From Antechinus flavipes (lineage: Eukaryota), in contig NC_067399.1 of the NCBI RefSeq assembly GCF_016432865.1, positions 636,430,001 through 636,494,000 on the forward strand: a stretch of 64,000 nt of DNA, written 5' to 3'. A program made the position numbers and the translations under genes. The notes beneath the pieces are model-generated. The model made no database searches. It was not told the origin of the DNA and was given only the letters and a program-made list of their open reading frames with translations. Shown here one piece after another: positions 19,646 through 31,400 of this stretch (within the stretch, counting starts at the first letter, position 1; each line of letters starts with the position of its first letter).

Positions 19646-22600
19646 ATGCTCCAGCTGTGGAGAGTGGTCCGTCCAGCCCGGCAGCTGGAGCTGCACCGCC
19701 TGGTGCTGCTGCTCATCGCCTTCAGCCTGGCCTCCATGGCCTTCCTGGCCTACTACGTGTCCACCAGCCCCAAGGCCAAGGAGCCCCTGCCCCTGCCCCT
19801 GGGCGACTGCGGCAGCAGCGGGGACGCGGGGCCCGGCCCGGCCCGGCCCCCGGCCCCGCCCTGGCCCCCCCGGCCCTCGGAGACGGCCCGCACCGAGCCC
19901 GTGGTGCTGGTGTTCGTGGAGAGCGTCTACTCGCAGCTGGGCCAGGAGATCGTGGCCATCTTGGAATCCAGCCGTTTCCGCTACAGCACGGAGCTGGCCC
20001 CCGGCCGCGGGGACATGCCCTCGCTGACCGAGCGCGCCAGGGGCCGGTACGCCCTCGTGGTCTACGAGAACCTGCTCAAGTACGTCAACCTGGACGCCTG
20101 GAGCCGGGAGCTCTTGGACCGCTACTGCGTGGAGTACGGGGTGGGCATCATCGGCTTCTTCCGCGCCCACGAGCACAGCCTGCTCAGTGCCCAGCTCAAG
20201 GGCTTCCCCCTCTTCCTGCACTCCAACCTGGGGCTGCGCGACTATCAGGTGAACCCCGCCGCCCCCCTCCTGCACCTGACCCGGCCCAGCCGCCTGGAGC
20301 CCGGGCCGCTGCCCGGGGAGGACTGGACCGTCTTCCAGTCCAATCACAGCACGTACGAGCCGGTGCTCCTGGCCAGCCCGCGCCTGGCCGAGGCCTCGGC
20401 CCTGGGCCCGCTGCCCCGCAGGGCGCGCCTGCCCACGGTGGTGCAGGACCTGGGGCTGCACGACGGCATCCAGCGCGTGCTCTTCGGCCACAGCCTCGCC
20501 TTCTGGCTCCACAAGCTGGTCTTTGTGGACGCCGTCGCCTACCTCACCGGGAAGCGCCTCTGCCTGGCGCTGGATCGCTACATCCTGGTGGACATCGACG
20601 ACATCTTCGTGGGCAAGGAGGGCACCCGCATGAAGGTGGCTGACGTCGAGGTCAGTTCCCCGGCCGGCCCCGGGCCTCCCGGCCCGCTCTCCCCTCCCAG
20701 CCCACTCTCCCCTCCCGGCCCCGGGGCTCCCGGCCCGCTCTCCCCTCCCGGCCCGCTCTCCCCGGCCCGCTCTCCCCTCCCGGCCCGCTCTCCCCTCCCG
20801 GCCCGCTCTCCCCTCCCGGCCCGCTCTCCCCTCCCGGCCCGCTCTCCCCTCCCGGCCCGCTCTCCCCTCCTGGCCCACTCTCCCCGGCCCCAGGGCTCCC
20901 GGCCCGCTCTCCCCTCCCGGCCCGCTCTCCCCTCCCGGCCCACTCTCCCCGGCCCCAGGGCTCCCGGCCGCTCTCCCCTCCGGCCCGCTCTCCCCTCCCG
21001 GCCCGCTCTCCCCTCCTGGCCCACTCTCCCCGGCCCCAGGGCTCCCGGCCCCAGGGCTCCCGGCCCCGGGGCTCCCGGCCCGCTCTCCCCTCCCGGCCCG
21101 CTCTCCCCTCCCGGCCCGCTCTCCCCTCCCGGGCCGCTCTCCCCTCCCGGGCCCGCTCTCCCCTCCCGGGCCGCTCTCCCCTCCCGGGCCCGCTCTCCCC
21201 TCCCGGCCCGCTCTCCCCTCCCGGCCCGCTCTCCCCTCCCAGCCCGCTCTCCCCTCCCGGCCTGCTCTCCCCGGGCCGGGTTCTTCTTCCCCCAGCCCCT
21301 GCTGAGCCTTCTCTCTGCTCGCTTCCGCTAGGCCCTGCTGACCACGCAGAGTAAACTCAGGGCCTTAGTCCCCAACTTCACCTTCAATCTGGGCTTCTCA
21401 GGAAAGTTCTACCACACGGGTGAGTTCCGGAACGTTCCCTCAGCCTCTGGGGCACGCGCTGCCTGGGGCCTGGTGTGCGGGTGCCCGTTTGGGGGGGGCT
21501 GGTGACTAGCGTTGGTGCCCGGGGGCCACGTGGGCAGCTGCGGGGATCCACAGAAGCCGCTCCGCGCTGGGTCGGGGCACACGCCACGTGCCGACCGGCA
21601 AACGTTCTGGCAACGGGCCCCGTGGGGGACGGGCTGTGGCCGGTGGTGGTCAGCGCTCACGACCCAGAGCTAAGTGACGTGGACGCGCTCAGCCCGGGGC
21701 CCGTCAGTGACGGTCACCGCTGCCGCCGAGCTGGCGGACGGCCAGAGTGAGGGTGGGGAGTGGGCGGCGCTCGCGGTCAGTTGTAGAAGTCAGCGTGTGG
21801 CCACAGGGACGGAGGAGGAGGACGCGGGGGACGACATGCTGCTGAGGCATCGCAAGGAGTTCTGGTGGTTCCCCCACATGTGGAGCCACATGCAGCCGCA
21901 CCTGTTCCACAACCGCTCCGTGCTGGCCGACCAGATGCGGCTCAACAAGCAGTTTGCTCTGGTGAGACCCCCGGGGTGCCGGCCCCTGCCCCCGCCCTGA
22001 GCTGCCTCCCCTCACTTCCCTGTCATCCCCACACCCACAACTCCCTCCAGTTCTCTCTCCCCTCAATTTTCCCTCCTGGGATGGAATCCCTATCCCTTCT
22101 GCCCCTCTACGCCCCCCCGCAACCTCCCCCGTCCCAGATGAGAGTCTGTGCCATCCCCAGGAGCATGGGATCCCCACGGATCTGGGGTATGCAGTGGCTC
22201 CCCACCACTCGGGCGTGTACCCCATCCACACACAGCTCTATGAGGCCTGGAAATCCGTGTGGGGGATCCAGGTGACCAGCACTGAAGAGTATCCCCACCT
22301 CCGCCCTGCACGCTACCGGCGAGGCTTTATTCACAACGGCATCATGGTGAGGGACCCTCCGACCTGAACTCGAACCCAAGCCCGCGCATCCCCGATGCAT
22401 CCTCCGGCCTGACCCCTAGGCCCCCAAGCTCCTCGTCCCCGGAAGCCGGGCCCATGCGTGATCTCCTTCTCCCCGCCCTTCTCCAGGTCCTGCCTCGACA
22501 GACCTGCGGCCTCTTCACTCACACCATCTTCTACAACGAGTACCCGGGGGGCTCCCGAGAGCTGGACCGCAGCATCCGGGGGGGCGAGCTCTTCCTGACC

Positions 22601-24697
22601 GTTCTGCTCAACCCGGTACAGACTGGGAGCCGAGCCGGGGGGGAGGGGGGGGCGGGTAGGCGGGGGGCGCGACCTCCTACTCTGCCGGTCGGGTCGGGGC
22701 CGAGGCTCCCCTTGTGTGACGCGGGGGCTCCCTGTGCAGATCAGCATCTTCATGACCCATCTGTCTAACTACGGCAACGACCGGCTGGGCCTGTACACAT
22801 TCGAGAGCCTGGTGCGCTTCCTGCAGTGCTGGACCCGGCTGCGCCTGCAGACTCTGCCCCCGGCCCCCCTGGCACAAAAGTACTTTGACCTCTTCCCTCA
22901 GGAACGCAGCCCGCTCTGGCAGGTCAGCCCGCTCTGGGGGAGCTGGGGTAGGCCGGAAGGGGAAGAAAGGGAGAGAAGCCGGGTCCCATCACCACCTCCC
23001 CTTCCTCTTAGAACCCCTGTGACGACAAGAGACACAAAGACATCTGGTCCAAAGAGAAGACCTGTGATCGGCTCCCCAAGTTCCTTATCGTGGGGCCCCA
23101 GAAAACGGGTAAGGACCCTGGGGGTCCCCCCTCCCTTCGCCCCTGGCCGCCCCAGGTCCTGCTTCCGCCCAGGGAGCTTCCCGGCCCAGAGCACTGAGCT
23201 GGCCTCTCCCCACCCCCCGCTTCCAGGGACCACGGCCATCCACTTCTTCCTGAGCCTGCACCCGGCCGTGACCAGCAGCTTCCCCAGCTCCAGCACCTTT
23301 GAGGAGATCCAGTTCTTCAGCGGCCCCAACTACTACAAGGGCATCGACTGGTAAGTGGCCCTGGGCCACATGTGGGCCTCCCGAGTGCTTAGGGAGCGCT
23401 TCCTGTCACTTTGCCTCCTCGGCTGGCTTCCCTCCCTCTGCTCTTCTCCTCTTTGACCCCAAGTCCATCCCCAGGTACATGGATTTTTTCCCGGTCCCCT
23501 CCAATGCCAGCACTGACTTCCTGTTTGAGAAAAGCGCCACCTATTTTGACTCCGAGGTTGTACCACGTCGGGGAGCGGCCCTTTTGCCCCGTGCCAAGAT
23601 CATCACAGTACTTACCAACCCCGCTGACCGGGCCTACTCCTGGTACCAGGTCAGTCAGGGTCAGGGGGCCAGGGGTCTGAAGGGGAGCTCAAGGAGTGAG
23701 AATGGGGAAGGGGTCTTGATGGGGAGACGGTTTCTGGGACAAACATGTCACTCCATCCCTCCCCATCCACCCTCTGCTTTTTGAAGCATCAGCGAGCACA
23801 CGGCGACCCCGCAGCCTTGAACCACACCTTCTACCAAGTGATCTCGGCCCCCCGGCAGGCTCCCGCGGCACTCCGGGCCCTGCAGAACCGCTGCCTGGTC
23901 CCTGGCTACTACTCCACCCACCTGCAGCGCTGGCTCACCTACTACCCTTCTGGGCAGGTAGAGCCCCTTCCCTCCTCCGGCCGCCTCACGGTGGCCTCGC
24001 CCGCAGCCCGGGGACTCGGGGCCTCCCCCAGAGGGTCCGTCCCATCCCTGTCCCCCTATCCTCAGGTGCTGATAGTGGACGGGCAGGAGCTACGCGCCAA
24101 CCCAGCGGCCTCCATGGAAAACATCCAAAAGTTCCTCGGTGTCACCCCCGTTCTCAACTACACAAGAACCCTCAGGTGGGATGGGTGGGGAGAACAGGGG
24201 TGCCATGCTGAGCTCTCTGCCTAGAAGCAGCAGGATGTATCTGCAGAAGCTCGGGCAGAGAGGCCCATCGGGCACAACCCAGTCTGGGGCTCTGGGGCCT
24301 GGAGGGAGGATGTCAGCACCTTTGTTGGGGAATCCTTCCTCCCTTCCAAGTAAGTCCCCTGACTGCCTTCTCCTGCCGAGCAGGTTTGATGAGGGGAAGG
24401 GATTCTGGTGCCAGGGGCTAGAGGGTGGCAAGACCCGATGCCTGGGCAAGAGCAAAGGACGGAGGTACCCGGACATGGACCCCGAGGTGAGCGCCTGGGC
24501 TGGGGAGGCCCTGGGGTCACCTCCAGCCCTCTTCTCCCGGCTGACCGTCACCTCTCTCTCCCCTATGTCAGTCCCGTCTCCTCCTGGTTGACTTTTTCCG
24601 GGACCACAATCTGGAACTGTCCAAACTGCTGAGCCGCCTCGGGCAGCCGTTGCCCTCTTGGCTTCAGGAAGAGCTGCAGCGCTCGGGCCCGGGCTGA
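19646..24697 (+). CDS. NDST2: Bifunctional heparan sulfate N-deacetylase/N-sulfotransferase 2 (883 aa)
   Basis: Exons 19646-20650, 21332-21419, 21807-21961, 22161-22346, 22487-22615, 22740-22922, 23012-23108, 23227-23350, 23475-23649, 23787-23957, 24066-24175, 24384-24486, 24572-24697. They sum to 2652 nt = 883 aa + stop. N-terminus [27 protein letters not shown] (signal anchor); PAPS-binding GPQKTGTTA; FEKSATYF motif. Confidence 0.98.
20660..21275. repeat. GC-rich minisatellite (18-bp unit CCCGGCCCGCTCTCCCCT with 15-bp CCCGGCCCCAGGGCT variants) filling an NDST2 intron
   Basis: Directly visible; translates as ARSPLP / PALPSR / PGPLSP repeats in the three frames. More than 25 units, not counted exactly. 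Confidence 0.97.
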
Positions 24698-25000
24698 GCC
24701 CTCCGCCTGCCCAGAGGAGCCCCTGGCAGGTGCCTCAGACCAGGGTCACAAGGGCAGCCGCTCACCCACCCTTGGCCCAGGTGGGGAAGGACAGAGTGCA
24801 AGGCAGGACTCCGGATTAGGGCCCTCCCACATGCCCAGGGGCCAGTCTCTTTTTGTCCAAGGTCAACAGGTTCTCTTGCTTGTGAACCCTTCAGTCAAAG
24901 GGGTCACTGCTGCCTGGCCTCCCTATGTCATTCACATTGAATGGGGGATGAGGCCAGGAGGCAGCTCGGGGGAGCAGAGAACAAGGCCACACGGGTCCTC

Positions 25001-25006
25001 AATAAA
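25001..25006 (+). terminator. Polyadenylation signal of NDST2
   Basis: AATAAA about 300 nt after the stop, followed by a T/GT-rich element (ttatttttctgtcttgtctgtc). Confidence 0.8.
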
Positions 25007-25147
25007 CGTCATTATTTTTCTGTCTTGTCTGTCTCCTTTGGCGCGTCAGGTCTCCCTCCCAGTGGCTACTTCCTGGAGAGGGCAGGGCTCCCTCCCTCCC
25101 GCTTAAGGAATAGAAAGAGGCCCAGGCCGATGAGTAAAAAAGGAGAG

Positions 25148-25161
25148 TTTATATATTTATA
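25148..25161 (-). terminator. Probable non-canonical poly(A) signals (TATAAA x2) of ZSWIM8
   Basis: The minus strand reads ...catttataaatatataaactc; there is no minus-strand AATAAA between the stop and this point. Confidence 0.5.
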
Positions 25162-25449
25162 AATGCCAAATAAATATCAGAGGCTGCCCGGCACCCCCCT
25201 CCCAAGCAGAGCCGCCTCCTTCCCCCCACCCCCGATGGCTCCCAGGCCCAGAGGCAGCTCCTCCCCAGCTCGCCCCACTACCCCAGCCCAGAATGACAAA
25301 GTCCTAAAACCACAACGTCCTAGAACCACAGCTGGTCTGGGCCACAGGGAACCTCCCCCCACCCCCAAGCGAATCCGTCCAACTGGTCAGAGGTCCCCTC
25401 TTTTGTCTGGTGGGCTCCGGGGAGGTGAGGGAGGGGGGGTGGGCCAGGC

Positions 25450-28400
25450 TCAAGGGGAGAAGGTGGTCATGTCAAGCGATACACGCTGCCACAGCTCCTT
25501 GGTCTGCTTGCTGCGTTTGAGGTTCTGCAGGATGTCGTTGAACTGCATCATGCCCATAGGAGTCAGGCAGAAGGCGCTGCGAGCGCCTCGGATGGCGTTC
25601 ACAAAGTCGTCGTAGTCGGCAGGAGTCAGGTGGATCAGGCGGTGGTGGATGTACTGAAAGGGGGGGGGAGACGGGGACGTGGATATTGAGGCTCCACCTG
25701 CCTGAGTCTCTGGGACGACCCTCTGCCTCCCCCTCCCTTCCTCCCTCTCCTCTCCCCCTCCCCCCCGGCCTTCACCTGCATGTATGCCTGCTGGCAGCGC
25801 TGGACCAGCTGATGGAAGGCTGGGGTGCGCAGGTGGGTGTGCGCATGAGNNNNNNNNNNNNNNNNNNNNNNNNNNNNNNNNNNNNNNNNNNNNNNNNNNN
25901 NNNNNNNNNNNNNNNNNNNNNNNNNNNNNNNNNNNNNNNNNNNNNNNNNNNNNNNNNNNNNNNNNNNNNNNNNNNNNNNNNACCAAGGCAGACACCCCTG
26001 CCCCGGGGGCCTAGCTGCCACTTCTTTTAGTCCAGGTCTAACAGCCCCCCTCTTTGCCCACCCCAGAAGCACAGGGTTCCAGGCTAGCCTAGGGCCATGA
26101 AGGCACTTTGGAGCAAGACCCAGGGGAGGGGCCTCGAGAGGTTTAGGAAGAGGTGTTACCCAGCTTAGCCGCCAGCCCCAGCAACCATTTGACGTCCTCG
26201 GTGTAGGGAGGGCTGCGTGAGAAGTTGTTGGGGTGATCGTTGTGTGCCCGCCGACCTAACATCTCCAGCGCCAGCATTCCTAGAGGAGAGGGTCGGGAAC
26301 GTGAGGGAAGATGATGGCAGCCCCCACGCCAAGGGGGAGGAAAAGGAAGAGGAGATGGGTGGGGGAAGGGTACTAGAGCAGAGACCCAAGGGACATGGGA
26401 GCTGGCGTGGCTCGTGGCAGTGCCCCTGGAGGTGCGGGACCCCCATGGGCAGCGAGGCAGGGGAGCATCTTGGAGGGGAAGCCATCTCACCAACTCTGTA
26501 GGCAGCGTGCAGGTGATGCAGGCTCTGGGCGCCAACAGGCTGGCTGTGCGTCTCCTCCTCGGGCGGGGGGAAGCTCCCGCTCACCAGGGAGCTGGGCTGG
26601 TTGCCCATGGCCGACATGGAGTTGCCCTGGACGGCAGGATAGGTGGAGCTTTGATGGATGCTGCTGGGTGTATGGACATTGTTCACTGCGGGGGGTGGGG
26701 GTAGGAGGGAAGGGAGCAGAGTGTTCAGAGCCCAGAAGGCACCCACTGTACCGCCCCCTGCCCTTCCCCACCCCTCGGTACCCACACTCACTGGTGGGGA
26801 GTGGGAGCCCTGATTCAGTGTGGTAGGGGTGCACCGTTATGGGCGCCATGGAAGGGACGGGGAAGGACACAGCCGTGGCAGCAAGGGAGGACGGCGTCAC
26901 TGAGTAGGGATACTGGGGACCCAGGAAGGCATGGTGCACACCCTGGAAACAGAAGGTGGGAAGACCCAGATCAGGTGGGCAGCGCCATCTCGCTGCGAGT
27001 TTCATTCACCCAGATACCTACAGCCCCTTCGCGGCCGACTGACGGTCCTCCCCCTGACTGAGGCCCACCGAGCCGGCCCTGACTGTGCTGCTGATCTCTC
27101 CGGGGTCCCCTCATCAGCCTCCCCGGGGGGTCCCAATCCTCCTCTCCTCTCTCCCTTCCCTTCCCTCCCCTCGGTTCTTGGCTCACCTGTGGGTATGCAG
27201 AGCTGGGCACAGGAAAGACAGCAGGCCGAGGCATATGGGGCAAGGGGTGACCAGGGTGGGTAAGGTACTGGGGGTTGCAGGGCAGGTGGGGCTGCAGAGT
27301 GGTATAGGGGTGCAAGCCAGTAGAGTGGCCATGTCCCAGGCCAGGCCCCGGGTACAAACCGGACCCCACTGAAATGACTGGTACCACTGTGGCTGCTGCC
27401 GTCACTGCCGCTGCCGACACTGTGACTGCCTCGGTCCCTGGTCCGCCACGGCCCTCGGGCAGTGCCCGCCCAGCCTCCCCCGATGCCCGGGCCCCACCGG
27501 CACTGCAGCCTGTGGCACCCTCACGTGGTGTGGCTGAGCCCCCCACCGTCTGCTCATAAAGCCAGAACCACTGGTGGGCGACTTCGAACAACACTTCAGG
27601 GTACACACCCCCACCCTTGGCAGCCTCCTCCACGGCCATGCACGCCTTCTCAAGCATCAGGTTATCCTGCAAAGGGCACAGGGAGTCAAAGGGAGGAGTC
27701 TCAGCTGAAATCCCCTTGGCAGTCCTGGGGCGCAGCCCCTGCCTAAGTGACTGGGGGGGAACCGGCTGGAAAGCGGCTGAGGCGGGTGCTCCGGGAAGTG
27801 CTTCCATACTGGCCACAGGCCTGAGGTTTGGATTCCGAGTCCCCACTTGCCTACTATTTAGCCTGGCTAAGTGAGGCAGGCAATCATGGAGCCTTTAGGT
27901 GGTGTGGGACTCCCCAGGCCCCTCCCCTGCCCATTCCCCGGGACTGCTGCTGAGGAGAGAGAGAAAATCTTTAAAATGCGGGAAAAGCCCGACAAATGCC
28001 CACGTGAGGCACCGAAAGATGAAAGAAGGAGGTCGTCTGGGGCCCAGGGCAGACCTGTCACCCTTCCCACCGTAGCTGAGCACACCTACCTGCTCCTTAC
28101 ACTGCACTAAAGCTCGCTGGATCTCGTTGGGGTTCAAGGCGTGGGCGTGAGGTAGGCAACTCAGAGCCAACTCAGCCGCCGCCCTCACCATGTTGGAGTC
28201 CCGCGCCCGTGACGCCCGATCGGCCAAGGAAGCAACTTCGGGGGGTGTGAGATGTCCATCCCAGCACTCGACGAGGATGGTCAGGGCCGCGCTCCCAATC
28301 TCCATTGCTTGGCCTGTGGGGATCGGGATGAAGTGGATCCCAGAAGGCTCCTCGAGACCCTGGCGGCATCTCTGCCACCAGAGGAAGTGCCTGCCCCCCA

Positions 28401-31400
28401 GCCTCAGGGCTCCAACCGGAGCCTCGGGCTTACCTGTGATCCAGGACACATGGGAAGAGTAGGTGCGAGAGAGCCAGTTGGGTGAGACAAAGTTGTGCAG
28501 ACCCAGAGCGTAGAGTCCAATCTCAAAGGCGCAAAGATGCAGATTGCGGTGGGGGCCCTGGTGACCCCCTGACGAAGATGGGTGAGTAAAGATGGAGGTG
28601 CTGCTGTTTCCCCCGGCCTTGATCAGCACCGTTTTGGCCAGCTCGAAGTAGAAGTGTGCAGCTGCCTCTGACGGCTGGTTGGGTACATGGGGGGCATGGC
28701 TCTCGGGACGACGGCCCTTGTACCTGAGGGGTGGTGCAAATGGGAAGGACAAGCTGAGGCTGCAGGGCAACGGGCACTCGGGGGACCCAAGGGGCCAAGG
28801 AGACGACACCCACATGGCCTAGGCGTGACGGCACCGGGGTCCAAGGGAACAAGACTGATCTCTCTCACTCACCTGCCAACCTCAGCTGTCTTGGCCCGGG
28901 CACCCCCACTTGCACTGGCGCGGCGGCTGCCACTGGAGGAGGAGGAGCCCAGAGAGTCGGAGGATGAGCTGCTGATGCTGTCGCTGTCCTGACCCCGGCC
29001 CCAGGAGGTGGGGGCCCAGCCCCCCCGCAGTGGCCTCCGGCTCAGGGTTGGGGAGCTGTCCGATGTCGTCTCGGGGGCACTGCTGTCAATGCTGGCCATG
29101 CCTAATCCCCCAGACAGCAGTCAGTCCCCAGCCAGGGGGGAAGAAGGGAGAACCCAAGGGATGGGAACTCCCCAATCTGACCCCTGGGTAGGTGCTCAAA
29201 ACCTAGAACACAGCCTGGAACCCATCTCAAACTAGGGAACTGCTTCAGAGGTGGTGAAAGCCCCCCTTCCCCGTGGTGGCCCACCCCAACAACAGCCCAT
29301 GGTTCAGGCCAAGACCCTTCTCCCAGCCACGCCCAACCCAGGGCCCCTCATACCTGTGTGTTTCTTCTTGGGCCTTCCTGGGGAGCCCCAGCCCCGGCCA
29401 TTGTAGCCTCCTCGGCTGCCAAGTGCCAAGCGGCTGGGAACCTTCCCCTCTGGTTTGGGGGCCACAGTAGTCTCAGGTGGGGGGCCCTCACAAGGGGATC
29501 GCGGGGAACTCTCTAGGCAAGGGAGCAACGAGTCATCAGACAGTGTCAAGGGGCAGAAAGGCTGACTTGGGGCTCATCCCACTGGCCCCCAACCTCTCAC
29601 CAGGCACAGTCTTTTCCGTGAAGCCCTCGGCTGGGTCGGGGTTGACCCCAGCCACAGCCCCAGGCTGGGCACCCCCCGCCGAGCCCGGAGGCAGCGGCTG
29701 CAGGGCTCCCGCCGCAGCAGGGGCTCCATGCTTAGATGGGGACCTCTGACTGGATGTGGCTGGGCGGCTGGACGAGTAGAATGAACTCAGGGTCTGTGGC
29801 TTATGTGTCTGACTCTCCCGGTCCAGGAGCTTGTCCAGGATCTAGGGGAGAAAGGCAGTGCAGGGGTCTCCTGCCTGCCACGCCGCATCCCCCCATCCCA
29901 CCCCACTCCAACTAACTCATGGCAGCTCCTTCCAGGAATTCATCAGTCCGCCCCTACCGGGCCAAGCGCTGCGCTCCTGGGGCCAAAGGGCCGGGGCAGT
30001 CCCAGAATCAGCCTGTGTCCAGAGGCAGGGCACAGCCTCCCACTTATGGTGGGCTAAGAGGTCAGTCCTCTTGACCTCAAGAAGCAGCACCTGGGCCAGG
30101 GGGAGGGGGATGAGGACGAGGACAAGGAGAGGCGGGGGCACCTTCTGCTGGGAAGCCGACAAGCCCAGCTCAACCTCAGGCCCTCGGCAGAGCTGGGTCA
30201 GCACATCCCAAATCCCAAATGTATCTCCCTAAAGGCAGTTGACAAACACCCCCAACACCATCTGCAGATCCGGTGTCCTCCCCCTCCCCCAGACACGGGG
30301 CCGCCCTCACTTTCTTGAGCTTGGCCTGGTCGTCCTTGTAGGTGATCATCAGCGCCAGAGCCAGGTCCCCCTTCTCCCGGCGCGTGCCTTCGCACAGCAG
30401 CGGGTGCTCGGCCTCGCTCACTGTCGTCTTCATGCCTGGGGGTTGGCAGGCTCAGTGACCGGGCTGGGACCCTTCACAGAGGCCCTCCCACAAGTCTTCC
30501 CAGGGCTCGGGGGCCACCCTTACAGGACAGGGATGATCTGTGGGGGTCCTGAAAGGGCCACAGGCCCCTATTTCTGACCACTCATGTCCTGATTTCAAGG
30601 CCCTCTGTGCCCGGCTGGTGCCCCCTCCCCTTCCCTCTCCCCCCCCCCCCCCTTCCATGAACATGGCTTGTGCTCCTGGCTCACAAGCCTTCTCCTTCTC
30701 ACTGGACAGAGAGCATGAGGGTGGGCCTTCGCACTAGGCTAGCTCTAAGCCTCCGTTTTCTCCTCTCTAAAGTGGGGCTAAGAACAGTTATGCTGTCTGC
30801 TCCACAGAGACATGGAGAAGGCACTATTCTGTTGACCTTAAAATGCAATTAAGATGTGAACTACTCTTATTGCTTAAACACTTCAGCCGCTGCTAGGCTT
30901 TTCCTCCTTGGATCTCCTGGGGCTTAATCGTGTTCTAATTCACTTTCTTTAGGTGGGCCCATCTCATTCCTCCTTCAACACACAAACTATTTGAGGGACT
31001 GTGCCACATCTTATGTACTTCACCCTTTGCTACAGCACAGGGGTCTCAGCCTGGGACTATGAACTTAAAAAAAACAGATAACTGTATTTTTGTATAATTG
31101 GTTTCTTGATTTTGAAAAGGAGTTGCTAGGTTCACCTGACCTGCCACAGGGGTCTCTTCACAGGTGACCAGGACTTACCCAAGGCAGCCACCGCGGCTTC
31201 AAACCCCAGCTCTTCGTCCCCAGGCATCTCGCTATTCCAGTTCCGGCTTGGCGGACGGGACCCTGTGGGAGAAACTACTGTGGGGAAAGTAGGAGAGAAA
31301 GAGGTGAAGGGAAGACACGTCAGGAAGAAAACCCAGTCACAGGGAGTGGGAGAAGACAGTGGGGGGGTCCCTCCCACACTGCCCCAGGCCCCCTCTCCCT

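Noticed and set aside
19550-20878. 442-aa antisense ORF over NDST2 exon and minisatellite (also the +328-aa alternative frame 19657-20643)
   Set aside because: Shadow ORFs expected from very high GC3 codon usage and a stop-free repeat; no independent protein-like features.
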